Origin: Spartobacteria bacterium
GTDB taxonomy: Bacteria; Verrucomicrobiota; Verrucomicrobiia; Chthoniobacterales; UBA10450
Direction of reading: 5' to 3'
Assembly: GCA_003134785.1 (NCBI GenBank)
Contig: PLCN01000024.1
Coordinates: 69,216-133,215, forward strand
DNA length: 64,000 nt
Part shown: positions 38,440 through 47,328 of the stretch, in pieces
Layout of the letters: every line of letters starts with the position of its first letter
How positions within the stretch are numbered: position 1 is the stretch's first letter
Notes under the pieces: model-generated
Told to the model about the DNA's origin: nothing
Seen by the model: only the letters and a program-made list of their open reading frames with translations
The model's database searches: none
Program-made: the position numbers and the translations under genes

Positions 38440-38712
38440 TCAGCGATCATCATGCCGATCGTGGCGATCATCGTGACGGTCCTCGCGGTGATTCCGGTGA
38501 TGACCACGAACGTACTGACCGTGGACCCATTGGTGGTTGTGAGCCCAATGTCCCGGCGTCCAAGTCATCTCCCAGTCATTATCCCAGTAGGTTGCGCCGC
38601 GATAGAAAGGCTTATCGCCGATCTCGATGTTGATGCCGCTCGCGCCGCCGACCGCAGGAATAAGAGCGCCGACAAGGACGACGGCTGCGATTAAAAGTCT
38701 GTGCTTGATCAT
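38440..38712 (-). CDS. Small secreted protein with a W-x-PGHW-type motif and a His/Asp/Arg-rich tail
   Basis: Signal peptide MIKHRLLIAAVVLVGALIPAVGGA, followed by YWDNDWEMTWTPGHWAHNHQWVHGQYV and GHHRNHREDRHDDRHDRHDDR. Confidence 0.65.
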   Translation of the reverse strand: MIKHRLLIAAVVLVGALIPAVGGASGINIEIGDKPFYRGATYWDNDWEMTWTPGHWAHNHQWVHGQYVRGHHRNHREDRHDDRHDRHDDR

Positions 38713-38847
38713 AGTTAAAATGAATTCGTGCGAGATAGCCGAACGCGCGTGTTTTTCTTTTCTATTCTGCGCGCTCTAAGCCGGACGTCGTTCCGGACCG
38801 CGGCACTGGAGAACCGCGGGGGACATGCGGAAGCACCTCCCTCCGGA

Positions 38848-39708
38848 TCATTTCTCCGGATCAATCTTCACCCGACTTCTGTGAATGAAACCCGCTTTGT
38901 TCGGACCCAGGATTATGTGAACCCAATCGCCTTGCATCCCGGCAACCTCGACCCGCTCGCCGTCCCTCACTACGCCAATGATCTTGGCGTGAAGGAAAGG
39001 TTGTTCGCGCACGTTCGTGATTCCGTCGGGATCGTGCACAACACCATACACTGCTCGATGTACGGGGCCGGGCGGAGGAGTCGACACTTGGAGCGCAGGG
39101 CTCGGCGATAAGGTTGTCGGAGGCGTGGAAACGGATTGAGGCGTTGGCGAAGGGAGATCCGGCGCATTCTCATCTTCCGATCCATTGGCAGACTCGTGGA
39201 TCGGGCGGCCGGTCGCGGGCCGCAGGCCTTTCATGCTATCGATGCGCCAGGCGGCCGATTCAAAAACAAATTCGATCGGTCCTTGCCACCGCGCCTGCCG
39301 AGATGCCGGATCGGTATCCTCGAAAACCGCCGTGACGCTGGCGGTGCGTTCGCTCTTGGAGACCATCGTAGCTTCCACCACCTTCACCGGCGGCGTGGTA
39401 CCGATGGTCCGGGAATATTTTACGATCGAGAGACGCCGGCGAAAATCCGCCGATAGGAGATTGTAGGCCGCGGTCGCATTGCGCTTATTTAGCAAAGCAA
39501 AATAGCGTTGCGTCACCGCCACTGGCGCTTCGGTCTGGTCGATCTGCGCGGTGGCCGTTGTAACCGGAGTTGCGACGGGCGCGACCGTCGCGCTCGCGGC
39601 GACTTCGCTTTTCGGAGTGCTCTGGAATCGCGCTGGATTCTTTGAGATGAGAAACCAGATCAGCGCGACAACCACTGCCAGCAAGACCACGACGCCAACC
39701 CAAAGCAA
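38848..39708 (-). CDS. Membrane-anchored protein: N-terminal TM, NTF2/DUF4878-like domain, Pro-rich linker, C-terminal bacterial SH3
   Basis: TM LWVGVVVLLAVVVALIWFLI (TTG start). VTQRYFALLNKRNATAAYNLLSADF..WRIDS. SH3b-like GITNVREQPFLHAKIIGVVRDGERVEVAGMQGDWVHIIL..GFIHRSRV. Confidence 0.7.
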   Translation of the reverse strand: MLWVGVVVLLAVVVALIWFLISKNPARFQSTPKSEVAASATVAPVATPVTTATAQIDQTEAPVAVTQRYFALLNKRNATAAYNLLSADFRRRLSIVKYSRTIGTTPPVKVVEATMVSKSERTASVTAVFEDTDPASRQARWQGPIEFVFESAAWRIDSMKGLRPATGRPIHESANGSEDENAPDLPSPTPQSVSTPPTTLSPSPALQVSTPPPGPVHRAVYGVVHDPDGITNVREQPFLHAKIIGVVRDGERVEVAGMQGDWVHIILGPNKAGFIHRSRVKIDPEK

Positions 39709-39807
39709 GTTCCGCTTCGGGGGCGATGCTGGAAGCGCGACGGGTGTTGGAGGTGTTGGAACTTGATTCGGCTTCGCAATTGGAGGCGTGTTTTGAAACT
39801 TCGCTAT

Positions 39808-40200
39808 TCAGGCGGCAATTTGTTCCGCCGCTTTGACTACGGATCGGTCGCGCGAATCGCCCGTTACGGAAAGCCAGTGAACAGTAGCGAGAAGGTAGTC
39901 GAGGCTTTTTGATGGCGTCGATTCATCGAAACGAACCGGAACGATGTTGAGGCCAAACTTCAACGCGCGCTCGACCTCGCGCAGGACGTGCGAGGAGACA
40001 TTGGAGTGTTCGCTGTAAATCAGCACGAAGCAGTTCGCGCTCTCAATCGCGTTAAGCAGCGCCTCCGCGTAAGAACCGCCCGGCGGCACGTCCCTGGGGG
40101 CAACCCAACAAGGGACACCACGCTCCTCCAGCGCCTTCACGAGCGAATCGGCGGCGGCCGAATCTTCGTGGGAGTGGCTTACGAAAACGTGGCTACTCAT
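39808..40200 (-). CDS. Stand-alone TIR-domain protein (130 aa)
   Basis: HVFVSHSHEDSAAADSLVKALEERGVPCWVAPRDVPPGGSYAEALLNAIESANCFVLIYSEHSNVSSHVLREVERAL is a TIR_2-type pattern that includes the conserved Glu. The ATG at 40200 is preceded by GGGGGAGA. Confidence 0.8.
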   Translation of the reverse strand: MSSHVFVSHSHEDSAAADSLVKALEERGVPCWVAPRDVPPGGSYAEALLNAIESANCFVLIYSEHSNVSSHVLREVERALKFGLNIVPVRFDESTPSKSLDYLLATVHWLSVTGDSRDRSVVKAAEQIAA

Positions 40201-40325
40201 CCGTCTCCCCCATTCGCTGAGGTCTAACAAAGCTCAAGCTCGAGACCAGCTTTTATTGATCGCGCGCCTCTTGGCGTCGGACCAATGCGTGCGATATCTT
40301 ACTCTTTCCCCGAACCAACTCGCTA

Positions 40326-43300
40326 ATGAAAAGATTGATCCTTCTCGCCTGTGCGTCCGCTCTGGCTGCAACGGCGCACGCGCAGATCTCTCCAGTGCCG
40401 AACATCGCAGTTCCCGAGAATCTCGGCCTCGGTCTGAAGCAGTTGGCGGAACTCTCTCAACAAAATCAAAGCCAGCTCCGAACCAGAATTACCTCCTCCA
40501 GTTCGATCATGTCGGACGCTTCGGGGCGCGTGGCGGTGAACATCTATCTCGATGGAAAAATCTCCGCGGCTGACTTAACCGCAAAGTTGATCGAGCTCGG
40601 TTTGGAAATCGTGGCCGTCGACAACCAGTGGCGCAGCGGCGTCATTTCGGCGTGGCTGCCGATTGCCCAAGCGATCCCCGTCGCAAATCTGGCAGGCGTG
40701 CAAAGCGTGATGCTGGCGCCGCGACCTGTCCGTTATGTCGGAGTTGTCACAGCCGAAAGCAGCGTGGTCGAGCACGCCGCCGAGGTGAACACGCCGGGCC
40801 TGTTTAGCGCGCAAGGAATTCTTGGCCGCGGCATCAGCGTGGGGATCGTTTCGGATTCCTTCGACAGCGCACCAGGAGTCCCGCGAGCGAGCGTCGGGAT
40901 CGCGTCGGGCGATCTCCCCGGTCCGGCCAATCCCGATGGTTACACTCAGCCGGTCGTGGTCCTGAACGACGACAGCAGTGCGGGCGTAACAGATGAAGGG
41001 CGGGGCATCGCCGAGATTGTGCACGACATCGCACCCGCCGCTAAGATCTGTTTCTCGGCCGTCGGTTCCACCCAGGCCACGATGGCTTCCGCCATTCGTG
41101 GTCTTCGCACCTCTTCGGCCACGCTTTGCGACGTGATTGTGGACGACATCGGTTTCCCCGATGAGCCGTTTTTTTCCGACGGCATCGTCGCGCAGGCGGT
41201 CGAGGATGTAGCCACGAGCGCCTCGCTTCCGGGAAAAAAAGTGTCGTACTTTTCCGCCGCCGGCAACAACACTAACCGCGGCTATTCCGCGGACGCGAAC
41301 ATCATTAGCTCGACCGCCGCGCAACCATTTCGGGGAAATCTCCGCCTGACCCAGGTCCCCTCCAATCTCTACTCCGGCGGCTTCCAAAATTTAGGCTCCG
41401 ATGCCGCCCCGGCGATAATCATGCCGGTCACCATTGGCCCCGATTCGGCGCAAATCGTTTTTCAGTGGGACGATCCGCTCGGCGGCGGCGTGACCACAGA
41501 TTACAACCTTCTGGTCTTCGATCAGAACGGAAATTACCTCTCGTCGCTCAGCGGCACGGACAACAGCTTCTCCACCATGCAGCCGCTCGAGATCGTGCAG
41601 TTGAACGCGAATACAAATTACCAGCTCGTCATTAGTCTGCGCTCTGGCAATCCACCCACGGCGCGGCATTTGCGCGTGATCTCTTTTGGCCAGGGAGAGG
41701 TGACAGGACCATTCTTCACGGACAATATCATCACGCTTTTCGGACATCCCGCCGCCGCTGACGCCAATAGCGTCGCTGCCTACGTCTACAGCAGCACGCC
41801 GGGCAGTGTTCCGAATTATAACTCCAATCACAGCAACCCGCCGCCCGGCCCTTACGAACCCGCGTTGGAAAGCTTCAGCTCTCAAGGCGGGAATCTTCCA
41901 TTTTATTTTAATGCGCAGGGGCAGCGTCTCGCTTCGCCCGAGATAAGACTGAAGCCGGAGTTTGCCGCCGCAGATGGAGTCGATACCTCCTTCTTTCCTA
42001 CCGACGCCGGTTCCGATACCGACAACGATGGCTATCCAAATTTCTTTGGCACGAGCGCCGCGGCGCCAACTGCCGCAGCCATCGCTGCGTTGATGCTCGA
42101 AGCCGCGGGCGGGCCGGCCTCGCTGTCGCCCGGGCAGGTGCGCTTGATCCTGCAGCAAACGGCGGACGCGCACGATGTCGATCCGAATTTCTCCACCGCC
42201 ATTGCTTCCGGCGGAACCGCCAATGTGCAATTGACCGCCACTGGAGATGACAGCAACGAAAGCGCGACCAGCCCGACCTTCTTCAACCTCACCTTCAATG
42301 GCCAGGCCGGGGAGGCGCTCCATCAATTCACGATCGACTTGAGCACTACTCCGCTTGTCTTCGACCAAAGCGCGGACCTGGGCTTTCCATTTACCGTTGG
42401 CCAAAACGGCGGCGGCGTTTCGATCTCGCCCAGTTTCTCAGCGGACCTGCGCGTCCTCACGCTCGATTTCGGTGATAGCTTCACGCCGGGACAAACAATT
42501 TCGTTCGGAGTCGATCGCGACCTGGCTGCGATTAACGCCGGTGGAAATTCGGCCGATCTTCTCGCGGGCGCGGACATCGCAGCCGTCGTCGACGCGGGCC
42601 AAATACTCTACGGAGCGTTCGGTAATCAGCTCGGCAAGAGTTTCGTTGCGACTGACGGCTACGGTTTGGTCGACGCAAAAGCTGCGGTGCAATCTATCGT
42701 CGGCCATGGACCCGCCGCGACGGGCGTTCCCGTAAACCTTTCCACACGCGGAACGGTCGGCGCCGGTGACGACGTTCTCATCGGCGGGCTCATTATCGAA
42801 GGCGGCGCGTCGAAGCAAGTGATCGTCCGCGCCTTGGGACCTTCGATCCCCGTGCCGGGCGCGCTCTCGAATCCGACGCTCGAATTGCATGACGGGAACG
42901 GGAACATGCTCGCCTTCGACGATAATTGGCAGGACGATCCGGCGCAGGCCGCCAAAATTCAGGCGACGACGATCCCGCCGTCCGACCCTCGGGAAAGCGG
43001 GCTGGTTGAGTCGCTGCTTCCCGGCAACTACACCGCGATCGTTCGCGGCGCGGGCAACGCCACCGGGGTGGCGCTGGTGGAAGTTTACGATCTCGACTCG
43101 CAGCCGGCCCCATCGCGTCTGGCGAACATCGCCACGCGCGGCACCGTGCAAACTGGCGACAACGTAATGATCGCCGGCTTCATTCTAAATAATAATCCGG
43201 CGGCCATAGTCGTGCGCGCGATTGGTCCTTCGCTGGCCGCCGCGGGAGTGGCTGGTGCGCTCTCCGATCCCGCACTCGAAATCCGCGACGACCAGGGAAA

Positions 43301-43496
43301 TCTCCTCGCCTCGAATGACAACTGGCAGCAGGACTCTTTGCAGGCGACCCAGATCCAGGGTGTTGGCTTGCCTCCAATCAGCCCGTTGGAAAGCGCCATA
43401 ACCACGACGCTGAATGCGGGCAACTACACTGCGGTCGTGCGCGGCGCGCGCGGAACGACCGGCGTCGCCTTGGTCGAGGTTTACGATCTGCAATAG
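40326..43496 (+). CDS. Secreted subtilisin/sedolisin-fold (S8/S53) serine peptidase with the twin C-terminal module
   Basis: Signal MKRLILLACASALAATAHAQ. Ser motif FFGTSAAAPTAAAIAALMLEA. AEIVHDIAPAAKI (E-x3-D) resembles the sedolisin Glu/Asp pair more than the subtilisin HGTH motif. Confidence 0.85.
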   Translation: MKRLILLACASALAATAHAQISPVPNIAVPENLGLGLKQLAELSQQNQSQLRTRITSSSSIMSDASGRVAVNIYLDGKISAADLTAKLIELGLEIVAVDNQWRSGVISAWLPIAQAIPVANLAGVQSVMLAPRPVRYVGVVTAESSVVEHAAEVNTPGLFSAQGILGRGISVGIVSDSFDSAPGVPRASVGIASGDLPGPANPDGYTQPVVVLNDDSSAGVTDEGRGIAEIVHDIAPAAKICFSAVGSTQATMASAIRGLRTSSATLCDVIVDDIGFPDEPFFSDGIVAQAVEDVATSASLPGKKVSYFSAAGNNTNRGYSADANIISSTAAQPFRGNLRLTQVPSNLYSGGFQNLGSDAAPAIIMPVTIGPDSAQIVFQWDDPLGGGVTTDYNLLVFDQNGNYLSSLSGTDNSFSTMQPLEIVQLNANTNYQLVISLRSGNPPTARHLRVISFGQGEVTGPFFTDNIITLFGHPAAADANSVAAYVYSSTPGSVPNYNSNHSNPPPGPYEPALESFSSQGGNLPFYFNAQGQRLASPEIRLKPEFAAADGVDTSFFPTDAGSDTDNDGYPNFFGTSAAAPTAAAIAALMLEAAGGPASLSPGQVRLILQQTADAHDVDPNFSTAIASGGTANVQLTATGDDSNESATSPTFFNLTFNGQAGEALHQFTIDLSTTPLVFDQSADLGFPFTVGQNGGGVSISPSFSADLRVLTLDFGDSFTPGQTISFGVDRDLAAINAGGNSADLLAGADIAAVVDAGQILYGAFGNQLGKSFVATDGYGLVDAKAAVQSIVGHGPAATGVPVNLSTRGTVGAGDDVLIGGLIIEGGASKQVIVRALGPSIPVPGALSNPTLELHDGNGNMLAFDDNWQDDPAQAAKIQATTIPPSDPRESGLVESLLPGNYTAIVRGAGNATGVALVEVYDLDSQPAPSRLANIATRGTVQTGDNVMIAGFILNNNPAAIVVRAIGPSLAAAGVAGALSDPALEIRDDQGNLLASNDNWQQDSLQATQIQGVGLPPISPLESAITTTLNAGNYTAVVRGARGTTGVALVEVYDLQ
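42725..43493 (+). other. Twin C-terminal module on the S8/S53 peptidase
   Basis: [64 protein letters not shown], followed by [63 protein letters not shown] and the stop. Confidence 0.8.
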
Positions 43497-43574
43497 CAGT
43501 CCATTCGTTAGGCCGCAGGGAACGGACTCGCGGCGTGATCAGGCCAAAATCGGGCATCGCCTTTTAGTTCAGTC

Positions 43575-44312
43575 ATGCTAGAGATGGTCACGCGTATGAA
43601 CTACATGGCTTCCATCTCGGATTTTTTCAAAAGCCCAAAATGGCTGATGAATCTGCTGCTCGGTGGCGTGTGCTGCCTTATCCCCGTCGTTGGTCCATTG
43701 GTGTTAATGGGTTGGCTCATCACCGGATTTTGGGCGCGCGAAGATCAGCGCCCCGAGGCTTTTCCTGATTTCGATTTCAACCAATTCGGAAAATATCTCG
43801 AGCGCGGGGTTTGGCCTTTTCTCGTCACGCTGGTGGTCACTTTGGGCATGGCCTTTGTCATGTCGTTCTTGATCGTGCCGATCACACTCGTGCCCAGCTT
43901 CCTCTTCGCCGGGAGCGACGGCCACGCCAGCGGCGCCGCCGGCGCCATCATCGGGCTTTTCGTCATGATCCTGGCGATGATGTTTGTTCTCACGCCCCTC
44001 AAACTGCGGGCTTCTATCGTGCAAGACTTCGCGAAATCCTTCGATTTCGGGTTCGTAAAGAAATTCGTTACTACCATGTGGATGGAGATCGCGCTCGGCT
44101 CTCTTTTCTTGATGGTGGCCAGCGTAGTGCTGGTCTGCCTCGGCCTGCTGGCGTTTTGCATCGGCATTTATCTGGTCATGGTGCCGATTTATTTCGCCTG
44201 GGCTCACCTGCTCAAACAGCTCTACGCCCTTTATCTCCAGCGCGGGGGCGAGCCGATACCGCTCAGTCCCAAGCTGCGCGACACTCCGCCGTCGCCGATT
44301 CCTTCGGTGTGA
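43575..44312 (+). CDS. DUF4013-like polytopic membrane protein
   Basis: FFKSPKWLMNLLLGGVCCLIPVVGPLVLMGWLITGFWAR plus further TM segments. Several alternative ATG starts lie within the first 11 codons. Confidence 0.75.
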   Translation: MLEMVTRMNYMASISDFFKSPKWLMNLLLGGVCCLIPVVGPLVLMGWLITGFWAREDQRPEAFPDFDFNQFGKYLERGVWPFLVTLVVTLGMAFVMSFLIVPITLVPSFLFAGSDGHASGAAGAIIGLFVMILAMMFVLTPLKLRASIVQDFAKSFDFGFVKKFVTTMWMEIALGSLFLMVASVVLVCLGLLAFCIGIYLVMVPIYFAWAHLLKQLYALYLQRGGEPIPLSPKLRDTPPSPIPSV

Positions 44313-44410
44313 ATTCTGCGGGACGCGCGCGGCACGTCCTTTGGCAGGGACATGGGTCTGCATGTCCTCGTCGCGCCGAGGATCCTGGTCGTTAGGCCGC
44401 TTGGTCACGG

Positions 44411-45136
44411 ATGAAACCTTTTCACACGCTCGCGGAAACAATCACGCCGGATGGAGCACGGTTCACGCTCCACGAACACGACGGCGATTATTTCATGAAA
44501 CTCAACGGCCGGCAGCTCATGTGCAGCACGTCGACCGCATCGGAAATTTTGCTGGCGAAACTCGCTTGCGAGAATCTGAGCCGGCATCCGCATCCGCGCG
44601 TTTTGATCGGAGGACTGGGACTCGGCTTCTCGTTGAAGGCGGTCCTTTCGATCGTCGGAAAAAAGGCGGAAGTGCACGTCTCGGAAATACTGCCCGAAGT
44701 GGTCGATTGGAATCGCCAGTTCCTGATGAAATTAAACGGCGCTTTGCTGAACGACCATCGCGTGCAGGTTTTTACCGAGGATGTCATTGGGTTGATCCGG
44801 CGCGGGCAAAACGCGCGCTACGACGCCATCCTCCTCGATGTCGATAATGGACCGACCTCTTTTGTGCAGGCGCGAAACTCGCGGCTCTACAGCCGCCGCG
44901 GATTCAACCGCATCGCGGCTGCTTTGCAACCGGGCGGTCGCGTCGCTTTCTGGTCCGCGACCGATGAGGAATCTTTCGGTGAAGCGCTCACCCGCGCGGG
45001 TTTTCGCGTGCACGTGGTGGAAGCCAAATCTCATGAACGCGCGAAGCGTTTCGAGCATCGCATCTACGTGGGCGAAACGAAGCCGCGGCAACGCGAGCTG
45101 GCACCGCCTCCTTTGAAAGAGAACATCGTACCCTGA
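44411..45136 (+). CDS. Spermidine-synthase-like class I methyltransferase-fold protein
   Basis: RVLIGGLGLGFSLKAVL..VHVSEILPEVVDW..DAILLDVDNGP. Confidence 0.8.
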   Translation: MKPFHTLAETITPDGARFTLHEHDGDYFMKLNGRQLMCSTSTASEILLAKLACENLSRHPHPRVLIGGLGLGFSLKAVLSIVGKKAEVHVSEILPEVVDWNRQFLMKLNGALLNDHRVQVFTEDVIGLIRRGQNARYDAILLDVDNGPTSFVQARNSRLYSRRGFNRIAAALQPGGRVAFWSATDEESFGEALTRAGFRVHVVEAKSHERAKRFEHRIYVGETKPRQRELAPPPLKENIVP

Positions 45137-45374
45137 ATCGCCGACGCGCAGAGGTGTGCGGCGAACCATTCTGCTTCTGCAGCGGCGGTCTAGTCTCTCA
45201 CGCCGTAGCCTTGGCGAAGGAAGGATGACCGCCGAAGGAGTGCTTCGAAACACGCTCGCCGCGACGCCCAAAAAAGAAAGACGGCGGTCATAGACCGCCG
45301 CTACAGCGCTAGGAGAACACGCACCGCTTCCGGATTGTGCATCCCTGTCGTGATGTCTACTCTCGCCTAACGAC

Positions 45375-46661
45375 ATGACACCAGCGGTGAATCCCAAACG
45401 AACGATAGCGGAGCTGAAAGAGCTGCGAGATTTGACTGGCGACGAGAACGGCGCGCAACGGGTCGCGTTCACTCAAACCTGGGCCAGGGCTCGCGCGTGG
45501 CTGCGGCGAAAGCTGGAAGAGTTTTGCCCGGAGACTCATACCGACGAAGCCGGAAACCTTTGGGCGACTTTGCGCGGAGAATCCGAGCAAGCCCTTCTGA
45601 TTGGCGGCCACATCGATTCGGTGCCGAACGGCGGCTGGCTCGATGGCTGTCTCGACACCCTGGCCGGCGTCGAAATTCTTCGGCGCATCAACGCCCAATA
45701 CAACGGCAAGCCACCGGTGACCGTGCGGCTGGTGGATTGGGCGGATGAAGAAGGCGCGCGTTTTGGCAAGAGCCTCTTCGGTTCGTCAGCGTGCTCGGGT
45801 CACCTGGACATGAATGAAGCACGCGCGTTGAAAGACAAGGACGGCATCAGCCTTCCCGCGGCGCTCGAGCAGAACGGAATCGATTTCGAGAAGGTGAAGG
45901 AGTGCAGCAAAGAGCTGGCGAAGGCTGCGGCCTATCTCGAGTTGCACATCGAACAAGGTCCCGTGCTTCTTGATTTGGACCGGCCGCTCGGAACGGTGCT
46001 CGGAACGTTCGGCGTCGAGCGTCACGCGATCACCTTTCGCGGGCAGGGTGCGCACGCCGGCGCCACACCGATGAACAAGCGGAAGGATGCCTTTCTCGCC
46101 GCGGCAAAAATGAGTCCGGAAATTTATCGTATCACCGAACGCAACGGCGGCGTCTGCACCATCGGCTCCTGCACCACCCAGCCCGGCATCGTCACCAGCG
46201 TCGTCGAAAAATGCCGGATCGCGCTCGACCAACGACACCTCGACCCCGCCGCCCTCGCCCGCATGCTCTCCGAAGCGAAACAAGCCAGCGAACGCTTCGC
46301 TGCGGAAGCAGACGTCACCGTTTCCTGGGAACGCCTCTGGCAAATCGAGCCGATCCTCTTCCACGACGACCTGATCGCCCTTTGCGACGAAGCCATCTCC
46401 GCCGTAACGGCTGCGGAGCAACGGCCGGGCTTTCAAACCGGCGCCCAACCGCATCGCCTCCCCTCGGGCCCTCTCCACGACGCTTCCGAAGTCGCCCACT
46501 TCGGCATCCCCACGATCATGATGTTCGTCCAAAGCCTCCACGGCATCAGCCACAACAAAATCGAGGACACGAAAGAAGAGCATCTCGAATTGGCGGCCGT
46601 TGCATTCGACAAATTGGCGGACAAAGCAATGCAATGGATATCGGCAAGGCGGGGTCGTTGA
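45375..46661 (+). CDS. M20-family amidohydrolase (allantoate amidohydrolase / N-carbamoyl-amino-acid or beta-ureidopropionase type)
   Basis: DEAGNLWATLRG..LLIGGHIDSVPNGGWLDG..VRLVDWADEEGARFG..GAHAGATPM..HNKIEDT. Confidence 0.85.
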   Translation: MTPAVNPKRTIAELKELRDLTGDENGAQRVAFTQTWARARAWLRRKLEEFCPETHTDEAGNLWATLRGESEQALLIGGHIDSVPNGGWLDGCLDTLAGVEILRRINAQYNGKPPVTVRLVDWADEEGARFGKSLFGSSACSGHLDMNEARALKDKDGISLPAALEQNGIDFEKVKECSKELAKAAAYLELHIEQGPVLLDLDRPLGTVLGTFGVERHAITFRGQGAHAGATPMNKRKDAFLAAAKMSPEIYRITERNGGVCTIGSCTTQPGIVTSVVEKCRIALDQRHLDPAALARMLSEAKQASERFAAEADVTVSWERLWQIEPILFHDDLIALCDEAISAVTAAEQRPGFQTGAQPHRLPSGPLHDASEVAHFGIPTIMMFVQSLHGISHNKIEDTKEEHLELAAVAFDKLADKAMQWISARRGR

Positions 46662-46714
46662 GTCGACCAAAGAACGTTGCAAAACAGCGGGTCTAGGCTC
46701 TCTTTTCGCCCTCG

Positions 46715-47125
46715 ATGCAGATCACGCTATTAAAATCCAAGATTCACCGCGCGGCGGTGACGGGCGCCAGTTTGCACTATGAAGGCAGTCTCACCGTTTC
46801 CGCGGACATTGCCGAAATGGTGGGCCTCCTCCCTTATGAAAAGATTCTCGTTGGCAATCTTCAGAACGGAGAGCGTTTCGAGACCTATGTGATCTACGGA
46901 ACGGCGGGAATGAGTCTGATCGAATTGAATGGCGCCACGGCTCGACTCGGCGCAATTGGCGATCGTCTAACCATCATGAGTTTTGCGCGACTGACCCTGG
47001 AAGAAGCGAAGACTCATCATCCTCGCGTGGCCGTGCTCGACGCGGAAAACCGGGTCGTTCGTTGCGAAGATGCCAAGACGAAAGTCGGACGCACCGAGCG
47101 TGAGCTGACGCTGGCGGGCGAGTAA
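46715..47125 (+). CDS. panD: Aspartate 1-decarboxylase proenzyme
   Basis: MQITLLKSKIHRAAVTGASLHYEGSLTV, with the self-cleavage G-S site. Confidence 0.92.
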   Translation: MQITLLKSKIHRAAVTGASLHYEGSLTVSADIAEMVGLLPYEKILVGNLQNGERFETYVIYGTAGMSLIELNGATARLGAIGDRLTIMSFARLTLEEAKTHHPRVAVLDAENRVVRCEDAKTKVGRTERELTLAGE

Positions 47126-47168
47126 CCGCGAATCGGTTTTGGATCGCGCGTTGGTGCGTCGTGATGCT

Positions 47169-47312
47169 CTTGGGGAGCGCAGGCTGCTAGCCTGCCCGTC
47201 TCGGCAGCTTGCCGAGACGCTCGCTCGACTTACCACGTGCGAAAGCATGGAGCGTCCCCAGGTGTTGTCGGCAAGCTGCCGGCAACTGCAGGCTGGCAGC
47301 CTGCGCTCCCCA
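47169..47312. repeat. Nested inverted-repeat (REP/MITE-like) element, copy B
   Basis: The same ~65-bp left end and ~50-bp right end as 38238..38375, with an unrelated ~30-bp centre. Confidence 0.8.
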
Positions 47313-47328
47313 GAAGGAACGCGCGCGC

